In this document: positions 43,562 to 53,776 of the stretch, one piece after another | Layout: every line of letters begins with the position of its first letter | How positions within the stretch are numbered: position 1 is the stretch's first letter | From: a virus | IMG/VR virus record: IMGVR_UViG_3300006056_000038 | Location: 1 to 64,000 of that record | Strand: one strand, 5' to 3' | Length of the DNA: 64,000 bases | The notes under the pieces: model-generated | The model's input: only the letters and a program-made list of their open reading frames with translations | The model's database searches: none | Told to the model about the DNA's origin: nothing | Position numbers and translations under genes: made by a program

Positions 43562-44445
43562 GCATCAAGATAGCCTTCTTGGACTTCTGGGGCGACTTCG
43601 ATCCTCACAACAATTTCTTCAAAGACCTGTTGGCATCCATATCGGATGTTGAGGTAACGGATCCGCATGCCTGCGACGTGCTTTTCTTCTCGTGTTTCGG
43701 TCAACAAAATCTGGCCTATCGTAACAAGAAGCGCATCTACTTTACGGGCGAGAACCTTCGTCCGAGCTACGACGTTGATCGGGTGGACCACCGTGGATTC
43801 CGCTCGGACAAATGCGATTATTCCCTCTCCTTCGACTTCAGCGAAGACCCACGCAACATCCGTCTTCCGTTGTGGATGCTCCAGATCGACTGGTTCAACA
43901 AGAAGGGTTACGTCAATCCGAAATTCGTGATGCCGTACGATCAGCTCCACGACAATCTTCTGATGCGGAGGGAGCGTACGGAATTCTGCTCCTTCGTCTA
44001 CAACAATGACGCTCCGCATCGCAAGGAGATCGTACAGGAGCTGTCCCGCTACAAGAAAGTGGATTGCTTCGGGAAGCCGCACGGCAATTGGTTCTACGGC
44101 GAAGACAACAAGCTTGCCACTTTGTCGAGGTACAAGTTCAACATCTGTTTCGAGAACTCCATCCATCCGGGCTATTACACCGAGAAGCCGATCCATGCGA
44201 AGTACGCCGGGTGCGTTCCGGTCTATTGGTCCGACGCCGACATGGGCATCGACTTCAATGCTGCGGCATACTTGAACCTGAACGACTTTGCTGGCATTAA
44301 GGAGCTATGCGAACGGATTGTCGAGTTGGACCAAGACGACCAGCAATACGAAGCGCTGCGTTCCCGACCGATGTTCACGCTGCAACAGGACCCCAAGCAT
44401 TTGCTTGATGCAATTGTCGATCAACTAAAGCCCATTCTGACATGA
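43558..44445 (+). CDS. Glycosyltransferase family 10-like (alpha-1,3-fucosyltransferase motif)
   Basis: [34 protein letters not shown] matches the GT10 signature (F/Y)xLAFENS...(D/G)YxTEK...AL..G.VPV. Start taken at MSIKIAF, overlapping the previous stop. Confidence 0.6.
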   Translation: MSIKIAFLDFWGDFDPHNNFFKDLLASISDVEVTDPHACDVLFFSCFGQQNLAYRNKKRIYFTGENLRPSYDVDRVDHRGFRSDKCDYSLSFDFSEDPRNIRLPLWMLQIDWFNKKGYVNPKFVMPYDQLHDNLLMRRERTEFCSFVYNNDAPHRKEIVQELSRYKKVDCFGKPHGNWFYGEDNKLATLSRYKFNICFENSIHPGYYTEKPIHAKYAGCVPVYWSDADMGIDFNAAAYLNLNDFAGIKELCERIVELDQDDQQYEALRSRPMFTLQQDPKHLLDAIVDQLKPILT

Positions 44446-45533
44446 AGACGGCATTGATCACAGGTTCAGCGGGGCTCATTGGCTCCCAAGCGTGTCGTTT
44501 CTTCCACGATAGGGGCTATCGCATCATCGGTATCGACAACAACATGCGTGCCTACTTCTTCGGAGAGGAAGCATCCACCATGGCCTCGCGCAACGGATTG
44601 GAGGCCTCCCTGTCGAACTACCAACACTACGTCACCGACATCCGCGACCACGCTTCCTTGGAACGATTGTTCCGGGCGTATTCCTCGGACATCGACATCA
44701 TCATCCATACCGCCGCGCAGCCATCGCACGACTGGGCCGCCAAGGAACCATTGACGGACTTCAGCGTCAACGCCACAGGCACCATGAACCTGTTGGAGTT
44801 GACCCGACTGCACTGCCCCAAGGCCACCTTCATCTTCACCTCCACCAACAAGGTGTACGGCGATCGACCGAACTATCTGGAGCTAGTAGAAATGGAGAAA
44901 CGCTGGGAGCTTGACCATGAGCTCCACGAGTTGTCATCGCATCTGGAGGGCGCCAGCATCAATGGCATCGATGAGCGCATGTCCATTGACCGCATCACCC
45001 ACTCGGTGTTCGGGGCCTCCAAGGTGGCCGCTGACATCATGTGCCAAGAGTACGGGAGGTACTTCGGGATGAACGTTGGCGTGTTCCGGGGCGGATGCCT
45101 CACGGGCCCCAACCATGCCGGAACGGAGCTTCACGGCTTCCTGTCGTATTTGGTGAAATGCATCGTCCACGACAAGCCGTACACGATATTCGGGTACAAG
45201 GGCAAGCAGGTTCGCGATAACATCCACAGCGCCGATCTGATCGCCATGTTTTGGGAGTTCCACAAGAACCCGAGGCCGGGCGCCGTATACAATGCTGGAG
45301 GCGGAAGGGAGAATTCCACGTCCATTCTGGAGGCCATCGATTCGATCAATGAAATCGCCGGAACACAGTGGAGCAACTACACGGTCTCGAAGGACAACCG
45401 TATCGGAGATCACATCTGGTACATCAGCGACCTGACGCGCTTCAAGCTGGACTACCCGAAGTGGAGAATGAACATCAACCTGAAGGAGACCATCAAGCAA
45501 ATGGTGGAAGTTGAAAAAATAAGTACGAGATGA
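44442..45533 (+). CDS. NAD-dependent nucleotide-sugar epimerase/dehydratase (extended SDR); the catalytic YxxxK reads FGASK
   Basis: GSAGLIGS Rossmann motif; [10 protein letters not shown]; ...[13 protein letters not shown] aligns with PYGASKAAAD of CDP-paratose-epimerase / UDP-Glc-4-epimerase-type enzymes, but with Phe at the Tyr position. Confidence 0.65.
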   Translation: MKTALITGSAGLIGSQACRFFHDRGYRIIGIDNNMRAYFFGEEASTMASRNGLEASLSNYQHYVTDIRDHASLERLFRAYSSDIDIIIHTAAQPSHDWAAKEPLTDFSVNATGTMNLLELTRLHCPKATFIFTSTNKVYGDRPNYLELVEMEKRWELDHELHELSSHLEGASINGIDERMSIDRITHSVFGASKVAADIMCQEYGRYFGMNVGVFRGGCLTGPNHAGTELHGFLSYLVKCIVHDKPYTIFGYKGKQVRDNIHSADLIAMFWEFHKNPRPGAVYNAGGGRENSTSILEAIDSINEIAGTQWSNYTVSKDNRIGDHIWYISDLTRFKLDYPKWRMNINLKETIKQMVEVEKISTR

Positions 45534-46174
45534 TATATCCAAGACAAACCGACCTTCCATACCCGCAGCCTTGGGAGTTTGTTTATGAGAACTTCTTCAA
45601 AGACAAAAAAGATTTGTTTTATGTCGATGTTGGCGCGAATGACGGACTTTTGGTCTCAAATACAGCTTTTTTCGAACTTGACATGAACTGGATAGGCATA
45701 TGTATAGAGCCTCATCCTCTTGCATTTTCAAAGCTGGAGACCAATAGAAAGTGTGTAAAATACAACTGTTGCATTAGCGATGAATCAACCACCTTGGAGT
45801 ATAACAAGGTTTCTGGATATGCCGAAATGCTGAGCGGCATAAGATCCGTTCAGGACGATCAACACATGAGAAGGATAATGAGCGAAATACAAAAGCATGG
45901 TGGCACTCTTGAAGTGATCAATGTTGAGTCAAAGAGATTGGATGCCATCTTGAATGAAAACAACATACAACATGTCGACTACCTGTCGATAGACACAGAA
46001 GGCGCAGAAATGAAGGTGCTTTCAAGTTTGGACCTGACTGCTTTTGATATAAAAGTTATAAGTGCAGAGAATTCAGATACGAATGCAACTGTACGGGATT
46101 TCCTGAACTCAAAGGGGTATGACTTTATCACCAAAGTTTGTTCAGATGAAATCTTTGTAAAGCGAAATCCATGA
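45530..46174 (+). CDS. FkbM-family SAM-dependent methyltransferase
   Basis: [19 protein letters not shown]...IEPHP...[12 protein letters not shown] matches the FkbM domain pattern. First gene of the AT-rich island; its start overlaps the stop of the upstream gene (ATGA). Confidence 0.55.
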   Translation: MIYPRQTDLPYPQPWEFVYENFFKDKKDLFYVDVGANDGLLVSNTAFFELDMNWIGICIEPHPLAFSKLETNRKCVKYNCCISDESTTLEYNKVSGYAEMLSGIRSVQDDQHMRRIMSEIQKHGGTLEVINVESKRLDAILNENNIQHVDYLSIDTEGAEMKVLSSLDLTAFDIKVISAENSDTNATVRDFLNSKGYDFITKVCSDEIFVKRNP

Positions 46175-47118
46175 AAATAGCATTCCACGATAACTCGATC
46201 AGTTTGAGAGGCACGACCGTTGCTGTTTTTGACTATGCCTATTGGACTAGGAAAATACTAGGCAATGAGTCCATAATATTGTACAACAAGAACCATTCAG
46301 CCAATTCACCTGATGTGTACAACAAGTTTGCAAAGGAATTCGACATATTTTCCTATGATAACGCGTCTGAAATAGACAGCATCCTTTCAAAGAATGGCTG
46401 TGATGTCTTTTTCATGGAAAAAGCAGGCAAACAAGATGGTGTGATATCGAATGTTTGTGAAAATTGGGTTCACGCCATCGGCATATGCAACAAAGGCAAT
46501 ATACATGGAGACAAGTTCGCCTTAGGTTCAAGGTGGCTTTCAAAAATTGTCAACTTTGACATACCGTATGTGCCATATATGGTCTCTCTTCCGGATCACG
46601 ACGAGAACATGAGAGCGGAATTGAACATACCGGGTGACGCATTTGTATTTGGTAGGAATGGTGGTATTGAGACGTTTGATATTCCTTGGGTCAAACAGAT
46701 GATAATTGAATCCCTAAGATTAAGGAATGATGTCTGGTATGTTTTTCAATTCACCGAACAGTTCGTTCAACATGAGCGGGTCATCCATCTGAATGGCAGT
46801 TCGGACCTGAACGCAAAAACCAAGTTTATCAATACGTGTGACGCCATGTTGCATGCCCGATCGGTTGGTGAATCCTTCGGCCTTTCTTGTGCAGAGTTCT
46901 CAATAAGAAACAAGCCAGTTGTAACTTGGCATGGCTCGCCAGAAAGGAGTCACATCGACATTCTTGGAGATACCGGGATATACTATAATGGCCAGAACGA
47001 TTTGCTTGATATTCTCTTAAGCATGAAGAAAGAAGATGTGGCCAACAAGGATTGGAACTGCTATAAGGACTACTCACCTGAAATAGTGATTGAAAAATTC
47101 AAACAAGTTTACCTATGA
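46171..47118 (+). CDS. Glycosyltransferase, GT-B fold (C-terminal GT4-like motif)
   Basis: VGESFGLSCAEFSIRNKPVVTW, i.e. the E-x-FG...E...G-PVV motif. Confidence 0.45.
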   Translation: MKIAFHDNSISLRGTTVAVFDYAYWTRKILGNESIILYNKNHSANSPDVYNKFAKEFDIFSYDNASEIDSILSKNGCDVFFMEKAGKQDGVISNVCENWVHAIGICNKGNIHGDKFALGSRWLSKIVNFDIPYVPYMVSLPDHDENMRAELNIPGDAFVFGRNGGIETFDIPWVKQMIIESLRLRNDVWYVFQFTEQFVQHERVIHLNGSSDLNAKTKFINTCDAMLHARSVGESFGLSCAEFSIRNKPVVTWHGSPERSHIDILGDTGIYYNGQNDLLDILLSMKKEDVANKDWNCYKDYSPEIVIEKFKQVYL

Positions 47119-47753
47119 CGATAGAACATTATTTGCTTACAATGAGAAACAATGGATATGTTCCAAATTCTATTTTGGACATTGGGGCCAATGTTGGGCA
47201 TCTTTCCATGTTCTGCAAAGGTTTGTGGCCAACGGCCAAAATCCTGATGATGGAAGGCAATGAAAATTGTGAACCAGATCTGCTGCAAACAGGGCTGGAC
47301 TACAAAATATGTCTATTGGGAGATTCCAATAAGGAAGTTGAATTCTTTATGAACAAGAAGAACCCAAAATGCACTGGAGGGTCTTACTACAAGGAGGTGA
47401 CACGACACTATTCAGACAGCGTTGTTATCACAAAACAACTTTCAAAACTCGATGATCTGGTCGATGACGGTTATGACATCATAAAAATAGACACTCAAGG
47501 ATCTGAATTGGACATAATGAAGGGCGGCCCAAGAACCATATCAAATTCTCAATTTGTCATACTTGAGGTCGCAACAAAACAGTACAATCAAGGGTCGCCA
47601 ATGTATGACGAGGTGGTATCATACATGACAAGTATCGGGTTTGACAATAGAGAAGAGATAGAGCGACACTATTGGATGGATGACGACTACGAAAACTTTA
47701 AGAAGGGAGACATTTTTCAAGTGGACATTGTCTTCAGCAGAAACAAAGCATGA
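47115..47753 (+). CDS. FkbM-family SAM-dependent methyltransferase (second copy)
   Basis: ILDIGANVGHLS ... IIKIDTQGSELDIMKG. Confidence 0.55.
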   Translation: MTIEHYLLTMRNNGYVPNSILDIGANVGHLSMFCKGLWPTAKILMMEGNENCEPDLLQTGLDYKICLLGDSNKEVEFFMNKKNPKCTGGSYYKEVTRHYSDSVVITKQLSKLDDLVDDGYDIIKIDTQGSELDIMKGGPRTISNSQFVILEVATKQYNQGSPMYDEVVSYMTSIGFDNREEIERHYWMDDDYENFKKGDIFQVDIVFSRNKA

Positions 47754-48505
47754 AAGTCGCAGTTTGTTTATACGGCTATCCCAGACATGCTCAAATCGGA
47801 GCCAGATCTCTTGGGCACTTTTTTGATGGGATCGAACATGACTTCTTCATACATGCTTGGTACGATCCGAACGAATCAATTGCTTCACTTGATTCTACCC
47901 AAAATGAAATAAGCGGCCTATTCAAGCCAGTGGAATTTGTACTCCAAAAGCAATTGGAGTTCAAGAAGACATTTGATTTCCCGCATGACCTTAGCTGCCT
48001 AAAACCGGAACTGGTCAACCAGAACATTGGTGTTTCCACGTTTTTGTCCATGCTATATTCCATGAAGCAAGTCGGTGAGCTTCTTCAAAGATCACCCAAT
48101 GACTATGAGCTTGTTGTACTGACGAGAACTGATGTTTTCTCTCATAATCAACTTAAAAATTACACCTTCAATTCGTATGATGAAATATACTCATCTTTTT
48201 GTCATGGCGGCATTTGGGATCTTAACAACGGAGGCGAGGCAATAGACACTAAAATGATATCATCAAATAGAAAGAATATGGAGTCACTGATGAACATTTA
48301 TGAGTTCGTCGAAGACTACATAGCTTTTGATAAGATCAAAGTGTGCCATCATAGAATTCTTGCGCATCATCTGAAAAAAATGAATCAAAAGTTTCATATG
48401 ATGTTTCCCGAAAGTGGAAATTGGTTTTACTTAAGAAGCAATGGTCTGTTACATGGAGAAAAATATGATTCTGACATATCGAATTATGCGAACGTCTTCA
48501 AATGA
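47750..48505 (+). CDS. Hypothetical protein, paralogue A (similar to 49233-50027)
   Basis: MKVAVCLYGYPRHAQ... versus MRIALCVSGQMRTFD...: shared N-terminus and similar length. Possibly a glycosyltransferase-like fold; not assignable. Confidence 0.45.
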   Translation: MKVAVCLYGYPRHAQIGARSLGHFFDGIEHDFFIHAWYDPNESIASLDSTQNEISGLFKPVEFVLQKQLEFKKTFDFPHDLSCLKPELVNQNIGVSTFLSMLYSMKQVGELLQRSPNDYELVVLTRTDVFSHNQLKNYTFNSYDEIYSSFCHGGIWDLNNGGEAIDTKMISSNRKNMESLMNIYEFVEDYIAFDKIKVCHHRILAHHLKKMNQKFHMMFPESGNWFYLRSNGLLHGEKYDSDISNYANVFK

Positions 48506-49236
48506 ACATTTTATTTCCAATAGCAGGGGAGGGCAAAAGGTTTCAAAACCAATCCCACATCCCAAAGCCATTGATTGAGATCAATGGAAAGCCAATGTTG
48601 TGGTGGGCGATAAAGACGCTCAACTTGGAAGGCAACTATATTTTCGTTATCCTCAACTATCATGATGACTCTTTCAACGAAAAGATGTCACTTATCCTGA
48701 GTGAAGTCAAAAATGCCAAAATCATAAAGGTAGATCGACCAACAAAAGGTTCGGCCTTCACTTGTCTCTTAGCTGAAGAATACATAGACAATGATGACTC
48801 ATTACTGGTGACGAATTGTGATCAATATCTGAATTGGAAATCAAAAGAGTTTCTTGAGTTCGTCAGCCAAGAGCATTTGGATGCATGCGTTTCCATATAT
48901 GACCATGGAGACATAACAGTAGGAGAAAAAAGCCCTTACTGCTTCGTGGATATCGATGCAGATGGCAAAATAACGAAGTTCTGCGAGAAGCTCGCCATCT
49001 CGAAGCATTCGATGAATGGCATACATTACTGGCGGAAAGGAAAGGATTTTGTTGCTGGTTGTAAGAAAATGATCGAAGACAAGGTGACGGTGAATGGAGA
49101 ATTCTACTTCTCCAGCAGCTTCAATTATTTGATTGAGGACAAGAAGAAAATACTACCTTTCTTTATGAGAAGACATGAGTACATATCACTCGGCACACCG
49201 GAAGACGTTCAAAATAACATTCAAAAGATAAGATGA
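48502..49236 (+). CDS. Sugar-phosphate nucleotidyl(cytidylyl)transferase, IspD/TarI-like
   Basis: MNILFPIAGEGKRFQNQSHIPKPLIEINGKPMLWWAIKTL matches the IspD/TarI N-terminal signature (P-A-G-x-G-x-R ... PKQ(F/Y)L.I.GKP(I/M)L.H). Confidence 0.6.
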   Translation: MNILFPIAGEGKRFQNQSHIPKPLIEINGKPMLWWAIKTLNLEGNYIFVILNYHDDSFNEKMSLILSEVKNAKIIKVDRPTKGSAFTCLLAEEYIDNDDSLLVTNCDQYLNWKSKEFLEFVSQEHLDACVSIYDHGDITVGEKSPYCFVDIDADGKITKFCEKLAISKHSMNGIHYWRKGKDFVAGCKKMIEDKVTVNGEFYFSSSFNYLIEDKKKILPFFMRRHEYISLGTPEDVQNNIQKIR

Positions 49237-50027
49237 GAATAGCTTTATGTGTTTCCGGGCAAATGAGAACTTTTGACAATCCGGGGATAATCGATTTGAA
49301 CAGAAAACTGGTGAAACAATTTTCATGTGATGTTTTTATATCCACATGGAGCAATAGAGGCGTATCATTGTGGAGTCAAGTGGCGTTGCCAAATTTGAAG
49401 AATTTACATGACGTTTCGTTGATTGACCCAATCACAGAGAACATGATACTCAATTCATTTGACAATGTTAAATCTATTGAGATTGAAAATTATGACGATT
49501 TTACCAACCAAATTGAAAGTGTTCGCGTCAAAAACTTGCTGAATGGTGACACAAAATCAATGTTCAATAGCAAGGTGACAAGTTATCCTGAAATGTACAA
49601 AGTATACAAGGCAAATCGTTTGAAAAAAAACCATGAGGATGTTGGACAATTCAAGTATGATGTTGTAATAAGAACTCGACCGGATGTGGCGCACATCAAC
49701 ACCGACATCGATGTTCACTTTCATGATTTGAATGACTCCATATATCACATGAATACCGACTTGACTTTCTTCCAATTGCCAAGGATATACTCTATTTTCT
49801 TTTTTGGGAACTCAAAAACCATGGATGTCATCTCTGATTCCTACAGCGTTTTTCTTGAATTGGCTGACATGGATTCATGCAATCACCTGACTCAATTTGA
49901 TTCGCCCAGATTGTTCTATAATCAATGCACAAAAAATGGCATAGTCGTAAAGACAATACAGAAAACCGTTGGAGATGTGTTCAGAATGGAAGAAGATTTG
50001 GATGAGTATGTTTCAAGATTCAAATGA
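49233..50027 (+). CDS. Hypothetical protein, paralogue B (similar to 47750-48505)
   Basis: See paralogue A. Confidence 0.45.
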   Translation: MRIALCVSGQMRTFDNPGIIDLNRKLVKQFSCDVFISTWSNRGVSLWSQVALPNLKNLHDVSLIDPITENMILNSFDNVKSIEIENYDDFTNQIESVRVKNLLNGDTKSMFNSKVTSYPEMYKVYKANRLKKNHEDVGQFKYDVVIRTRPDVAHINTDIDVHFHDLNDSIYHMNTDLTFFQLPRIYSIFFFGNSKTMDVISDSYSVFLELADMDSCNHLTQFDSPRLFYNQCTKNGIVVKTIQKTVGDVFRMEEDLDEYVSRFK

Positions 50028-50037
50028 CTCAGTCACC

Positions 50038-50736
50038 ATGAGAAAGTTGTTCATGTCCTTTGCGGATTATCGCTATCAATCAAAGCAGGCGGATCTATCA
50101 AGGTCGGCGCAGGCCTATTTTCATACTGTTTATTCTTTTGGCCCGAATGACATTGATCCTGATTTCTTTGAAGAGAACAAGTCAATTCTTATCCATCCAA
50201 AAGGGGCTGGGTACTGGGTGTGGAAGCCTTATTTCTTGCTCAAATGCTTTGAAAGCATGAGTGATGGAGACGTTCTATTCTATGCAGATGCTGGCAATAC
50301 CATAGTTAATGACTTCCGTCCACTTTTCGATCTATTGGAAAGTACGCCCACAAAAACGCTGCTGTTCTTTAATCGCGGCGAAAATGACAAGGCATTTACC
50401 AATAGGTGGTATACCAAATACGACTGCTTTCATTTAATGGATTGTTTAGGCGAAGAGTTCTTTGATGGTGATCATGCGGATGCCGCCTATCAAGTTTATG
50501 AAAAGAACGAGTTCAATAAGAACTTCTTGGAGGAATACTTGAAGTACTGCCTGAATTGGCAAATAATATCAGATTCAAAGAGCATACATGGACAAGAATT
50601 CCAAGACTATCGTGATCATAGGCATGACCAGTCAGTTTTATCCAATCTTGCAATAAAGTACAAAATTCACTTACACCCTCAGCCTGATCAATACGGCATT
50701 AAGGATTACCTGAACGTTTTTGACCACCATAGATAA
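50038..50736 (+). CDS. Hypothetical protein (possible nucleotide-sugar-dependent transferase)
   Basis: Start MRKLFMSF, 11 nt after the upstream stop. Conserved-looking block ILIHPKGAGYWVWKPYFLLKCF...VLFYADAGN. Confidence 0.4.
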   Translation: MRKLFMSFADYRYQSKQADLSRSAQAYFHTVYSFGPNDIDPDFFEENKSILIHPKGAGYWVWKPYFLLKCFESMSDGDVLFYADAGNTIVNDFRPLFDLLESTPTKTLLFFNRGENDKAFTNRWYTKYDCFHLMDCLGEEFFDGDHADAAYQVYEKNEFNKNFLEEYLKYCLNWQIISDSKSIHGQEFQDYRDHRHDQSVLSNLAIKYKIHLHPQPDQYGIKDYLNVFDHHR

Positions 50737-50749
50737 AATACACTGAAGC

Positions 50750-51859
50750 ATGAATACAAGAACAACTTGCGTCATATGCCAGCACGATATATTGCGCGAA
50801 TTCCATAAGCTGAATTCAATGCCAGTTTTCATGGGAACTGTACCCAGTGAGATGGAATACAAGTTTCAAGAAATGTCCTTTGTCGAATGTCTTTCTTGTG
50901 GAGAAATTCAACTTGGATCATATCCCAGCATATCTGACCTCTACCTAAGAAACCACAATGTTGATGTGGTTGGACAGCTATGGAATTCACACTTCGACTC
51001 ATTCGCGAACTTTATCGGAAACGTTGAGAACAAAAGGGTTCTGGAAATAAGCGACCCCAGCGCTAAGGTTGCCAAAAAATGCAGCAAGTTCAAAAAGTGG
51101 ACCATAGTAGAGATGAACCCATTTTTTGAAACCACCGACAACATAGATGTGATAAAGGGCTATTTCTCGTATGATCTCTCAATCGACATTGATGTCGATA
51201 TAATAGTCCATTCGCACTTTTTCGAGCACTCGCTTGATCCCAACCGCGACCTTAAGAAGATGTGGGAAACCCTTCCTGAGGATGGTGAAATGTTTTTTTC
51301 GATACCAGACATCCCATCTTTGATCGAACATTCCAATTCGCCAACCGCTTTGAACTTTGAACACACCTACTACTATGATCTGGAACTGTTATCCTTCCTT
51401 CTTGAAAGGAATGGATTTCAAGTGGTCAGAGTAGATGGTTTTAAGAGCCATTCCATATTCATACATGTAAAAAAACTGCCACATCCCATGCCGCAAACAA
51501 GCATTGGTTACAGGGATAGGAAAAAAATATTCATAGATTGCTTTGTATTTCACAAAAATAGTATAACTTGCATTAACAATGCTTTAGAGAAACAAGAAAA
51601 CACGTTCATATACGGGTCACACGTAACAAGCCAGTTTTACATGTTCAATGGACTGAACATAAGTCTTGTCGGAGTTCTGGATAGGTCAAACTCAAAAAAC
51701 AGCGAACTTCTATACGGCACAAATCTGAGAACGTTTTATCCAGAAGAATTGCGAAACCACAATGAACCCAATGTCATAGTTTCTCATTCAAGCATCTACA
51801 AAAATGAGATCATAGACGACATAAGGTCCTTCGCTGGCGATAAGGTCAAATTCTTCTAA
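50750..51859 (+). CDS. SAM-dependent C-methyltransferase-type enzyme with N-terminal zinc ribbon (TylCIII/NDP-hexose C-methyltransferase-like architecture)
   Basis: CVICQHDIL...CLSCGEIQL Cys4 ribbon, followed by a methyltransferase-like core (LEISDPSAK; HSHFFEHSLDP) and a C-terminal domain. Confidence 0.5.
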   Translation: MNTRTTCVICQHDILREFHKLNSMPVFMGTVPSEMEYKFQEMSFVECLSCGEIQLGSYPSISDLYLRNHNVDVVGQLWNSHFDSFANFIGNVENKRVLEISDPSAKVAKKCSKFKKWTIVEMNPFFETTDNIDVIKGYFSYDLSIDIDVDIIVHSHFFEHSLDPNRDLKKMWETLPEDGEMFFSIPDIPSLIEHSNSPTALNFEHTYYYDLELLSFLLERNGFQVVRVDGFKSHSIFIHVKKLPHPMPQTSIGYRDRKKIFIDCFVFHKNSITCINNALEKQENTFIYGSHVTSQFYMFNGLNISLVGVLDRSNSKNSELLYGTNLRTFYPEELRNHNEPNVIVSHSSIYKNEIIDDIRSFAGDKVKFF

Positions 51860-51869
51860 CAAAAACAAA

Positions 51870-52484
51870 GTGAAAATGAACAAAGTAGACCAAGTAATAC
51901 AAGACATTAAAAATGGCAAACCCGTCATCATAGTTGATGATTATGACCGAGAGTTTGAAGGGGACATCATGCTCGCAGCAGAGATGGCAGATAAGTACAA
52001 TCTCATTTTCTCTATGAGGCACGCCAAAGGCCTTATGTGTCTCCCTTGCTTGCAGGAGCGTTGTGATCGATTGGATATCCCCATGATGAGAACAAACAAC
52101 AATGACAAATTTGGTACGCCATTTACAGTATCAATTGATGCCATTGAAGATACGACCACGGGTATGTCTGTTTTTGACAGACTGAAGACCATATCTGTTT
52201 TTCTTGATGAAAGCTCAAGCCCGAAACAGCTTGCTCAGCCCGGACACTTATTTCCACTTCGAGCAAGACCCGGACTCCTGAAAGAGAGAAGGGGACATAC
52301 GGAAGGCTCAATTGAATTGTGCCTGCTATCCGGGCTAAAACCTGTAGCGGTCATAATCGAGATTATGAACGAAGATGGAACCATGATCAAAGGCGAGCAG
52401 CTTGAGGACTTCTCCAAGATATACAACTTGAGCATAATCTCAATAGAAGAGATCCATAATGCAGTTTATAACAAGGGCCTATAA
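51870..52484 (+). CDS. ribB: 3,4-dihydroxy-2-butanone-4-phosphate synthase (RibB)-like enzyme
   Basis: Collinear with E. coli RibB: IIVDDYDREFEGDIMLAAE (VLDDEDRENEGDMIFPAE), MRHAKGLMCLPC (IRHGSGIVCLCI), FGTPFTVSIDA (YGTGFTVTIEA), PGHLFPLRARPGLLKERRGHTEGSIEL ([27 protein letters not shown]), MNEDGTM (TNDDGTM). Confidence 0.75.
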   Translation: MKMNKVDQVIQDIKNGKPVIIVDDYDREFEGDIMLAAEMADKYNLIFSMRHAKGLMCLPCLQERCDRLDIPMMRTNNNDKFGTPFTVSIDAIEDTTTGMSVFDRLKTISVFLDESSSPKQLAQPGHLFPLRARPGLLKERRGHTEGSIELCLLSGLKPVAVIIEIMNEDGTMIKGEQLEDFSKIYNLSIISIEEIHNAVYNKGL

Positions 52485-53418
52485 CAGCTTTGAAATTGAT
52501 AGCTCCAACCTATCAGTTGTCATCAAGAGGTCAAAGGAAACCAGACTCCTTGAGGAAATAGGCTATTATGATAACTTGCCAAAAGAGTTGGCCCCATTCT
52601 TCCCAAGGCATTTCCATTCGGATAAAATCGGGCCAGAGTTTCGCCTTGGCTTAGAATATTATGCATATCAAAATGTTGGCAACAAAATGATATCGCATGA
52701 ATATGATGATGAGTTCTGGAATTCATTTTTCAACATCATAGGGAAGTATTTCAAAGCTTACAAGTCCATTACTGAGTCGCCCAAAAATGAGAATGATTGC
52801 AGGATGATGTTCATTGATAAGACCGAAAAAGAATACCAGTCCTTGGTAGACAATTTCATGTTCTTCGGCGAATTGACCTCTCATGACACCATCAATCTAA
52901 ATGGCAGAAAGCTGCGATCATTTTCTCATGTCTGGCCCAAGGTAAGGTCATACATCGATGGGAGTTGTCTTTCGGAAAAAACGTACTTGATACATGGAGA
53001 CCTTTGCTTCAGCAACATTCTATTTGGACAGAACCCAATAAACAATGATGTGATAATCAAGCTTATTGACCCAAGGGGCTCCTTCGGCGGTTCAATGCTG
53101 GGGGATATGTACTATGACCTTGCAAAGCTTTCACACTCTTCCAGCGGTGGTTATGAATACTTCATAAACGATAGTTTTGAAGTAAAAAGCGACGGGAACA
53201 AGTGTACTTTGTCTTATGATAACGACAACAAAGACAGAGTGAACGACCTGTTCATCAAATTTGTGGAAGACAATGAGTTTGACATGAAAAAGATCAAGAC
53301 CCTAGAGGGGGCTATTTTTATTGGAATGTGCGCCAGACATTATGATTCACCAGAAAGACAGAAAGCAATGTTTTTGACTGGCCTGAGAATTCTAAATGAT
53401 ATCTATGAAACAGTTTAG
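52459..53418 (+). CDS. Protein-kinase-like-fold phosphotransferase (APH/choline-kinase/sugar-kinase family)
   Basis: Brenner motif YLIHGDLCFSNILF (H-x-D-x4-N), followed by IKLIDPRGSFGG (the IDxxG segment that, with the Brenner motif, defines this kinase family). Confidence 0.5.
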   Translation: MQFITRAYNSFEIDSSNLSVVIKRSKETRLLEEIGYYDNLPKELAPFFPRHFHSDKIGPEFRLGLEYYAYQNVGNKMISHEYDDEFWNSFFNIIGKYFKAYKSITESPKNENDCRMMFIDKTEKEYQSLVDNFMFFGELTSHDTINLNGRKLRSFSHVWPKVRSYIDGSCLSEKTYLIHGDLCFSNILFGQNPINNDVIIKLIDPRGSFGGSMLGDMYYDLAKLSHSSSGGYEYFINDSFEVKSDGNKCTLSYDNDNKDRVNDLFIKFVEDNEFDMKKIKTLEGAIFIGMCARHYDSPERQKAMFLTGLRILNDIYETV

Positions 53419-53776
53419 GTATTGCTTCGATCTGGATGGTACAATATGCGAAACCAAATCACTTGGACAAAGCTATGCAGATGTCAACCCTCTTCCCGGC
53501 GCAGTAGAAACACTGAAAAAACTAAGAACCCAAGGGCACTACATAATAATTCTCACCGCGAGGAACATGTCAACCTATGACAATAATTTGGGAAAAGTCA
53601 TTGCAAATCAGGCGCCAATTGTCCTAGATTGGCTGAGAAAATACGAAATCCCATATGATGAGTTGTTGTTCGGAAAGCCGAATGCGGACTTCTTCATTGA
53701 TGATAAAGGGGTTCAATTCACCAACTGGAATGAGCTAAACCAAAAACTGCTTATAGATGAGAAAATTTCTAATTGA
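53396..53776 (+). CDS. HAD-superfamily phosphatase
   Basis: Motif I FDLDGTI, motif II IILTAR, motif III K....FFIDD; 126 aa. Confidence 0.6.
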   Translation: MISMKQFRYCFDLDGTICETKSLGQSYADVNPLPGAVETLKKLRTQGHYIIILTARNMSTYDNNLGKVIANQAPIVLDWLRKYEIPYDELLFGKPNADFFIDDKGVQFTNWNELNQKLLIDEKISN

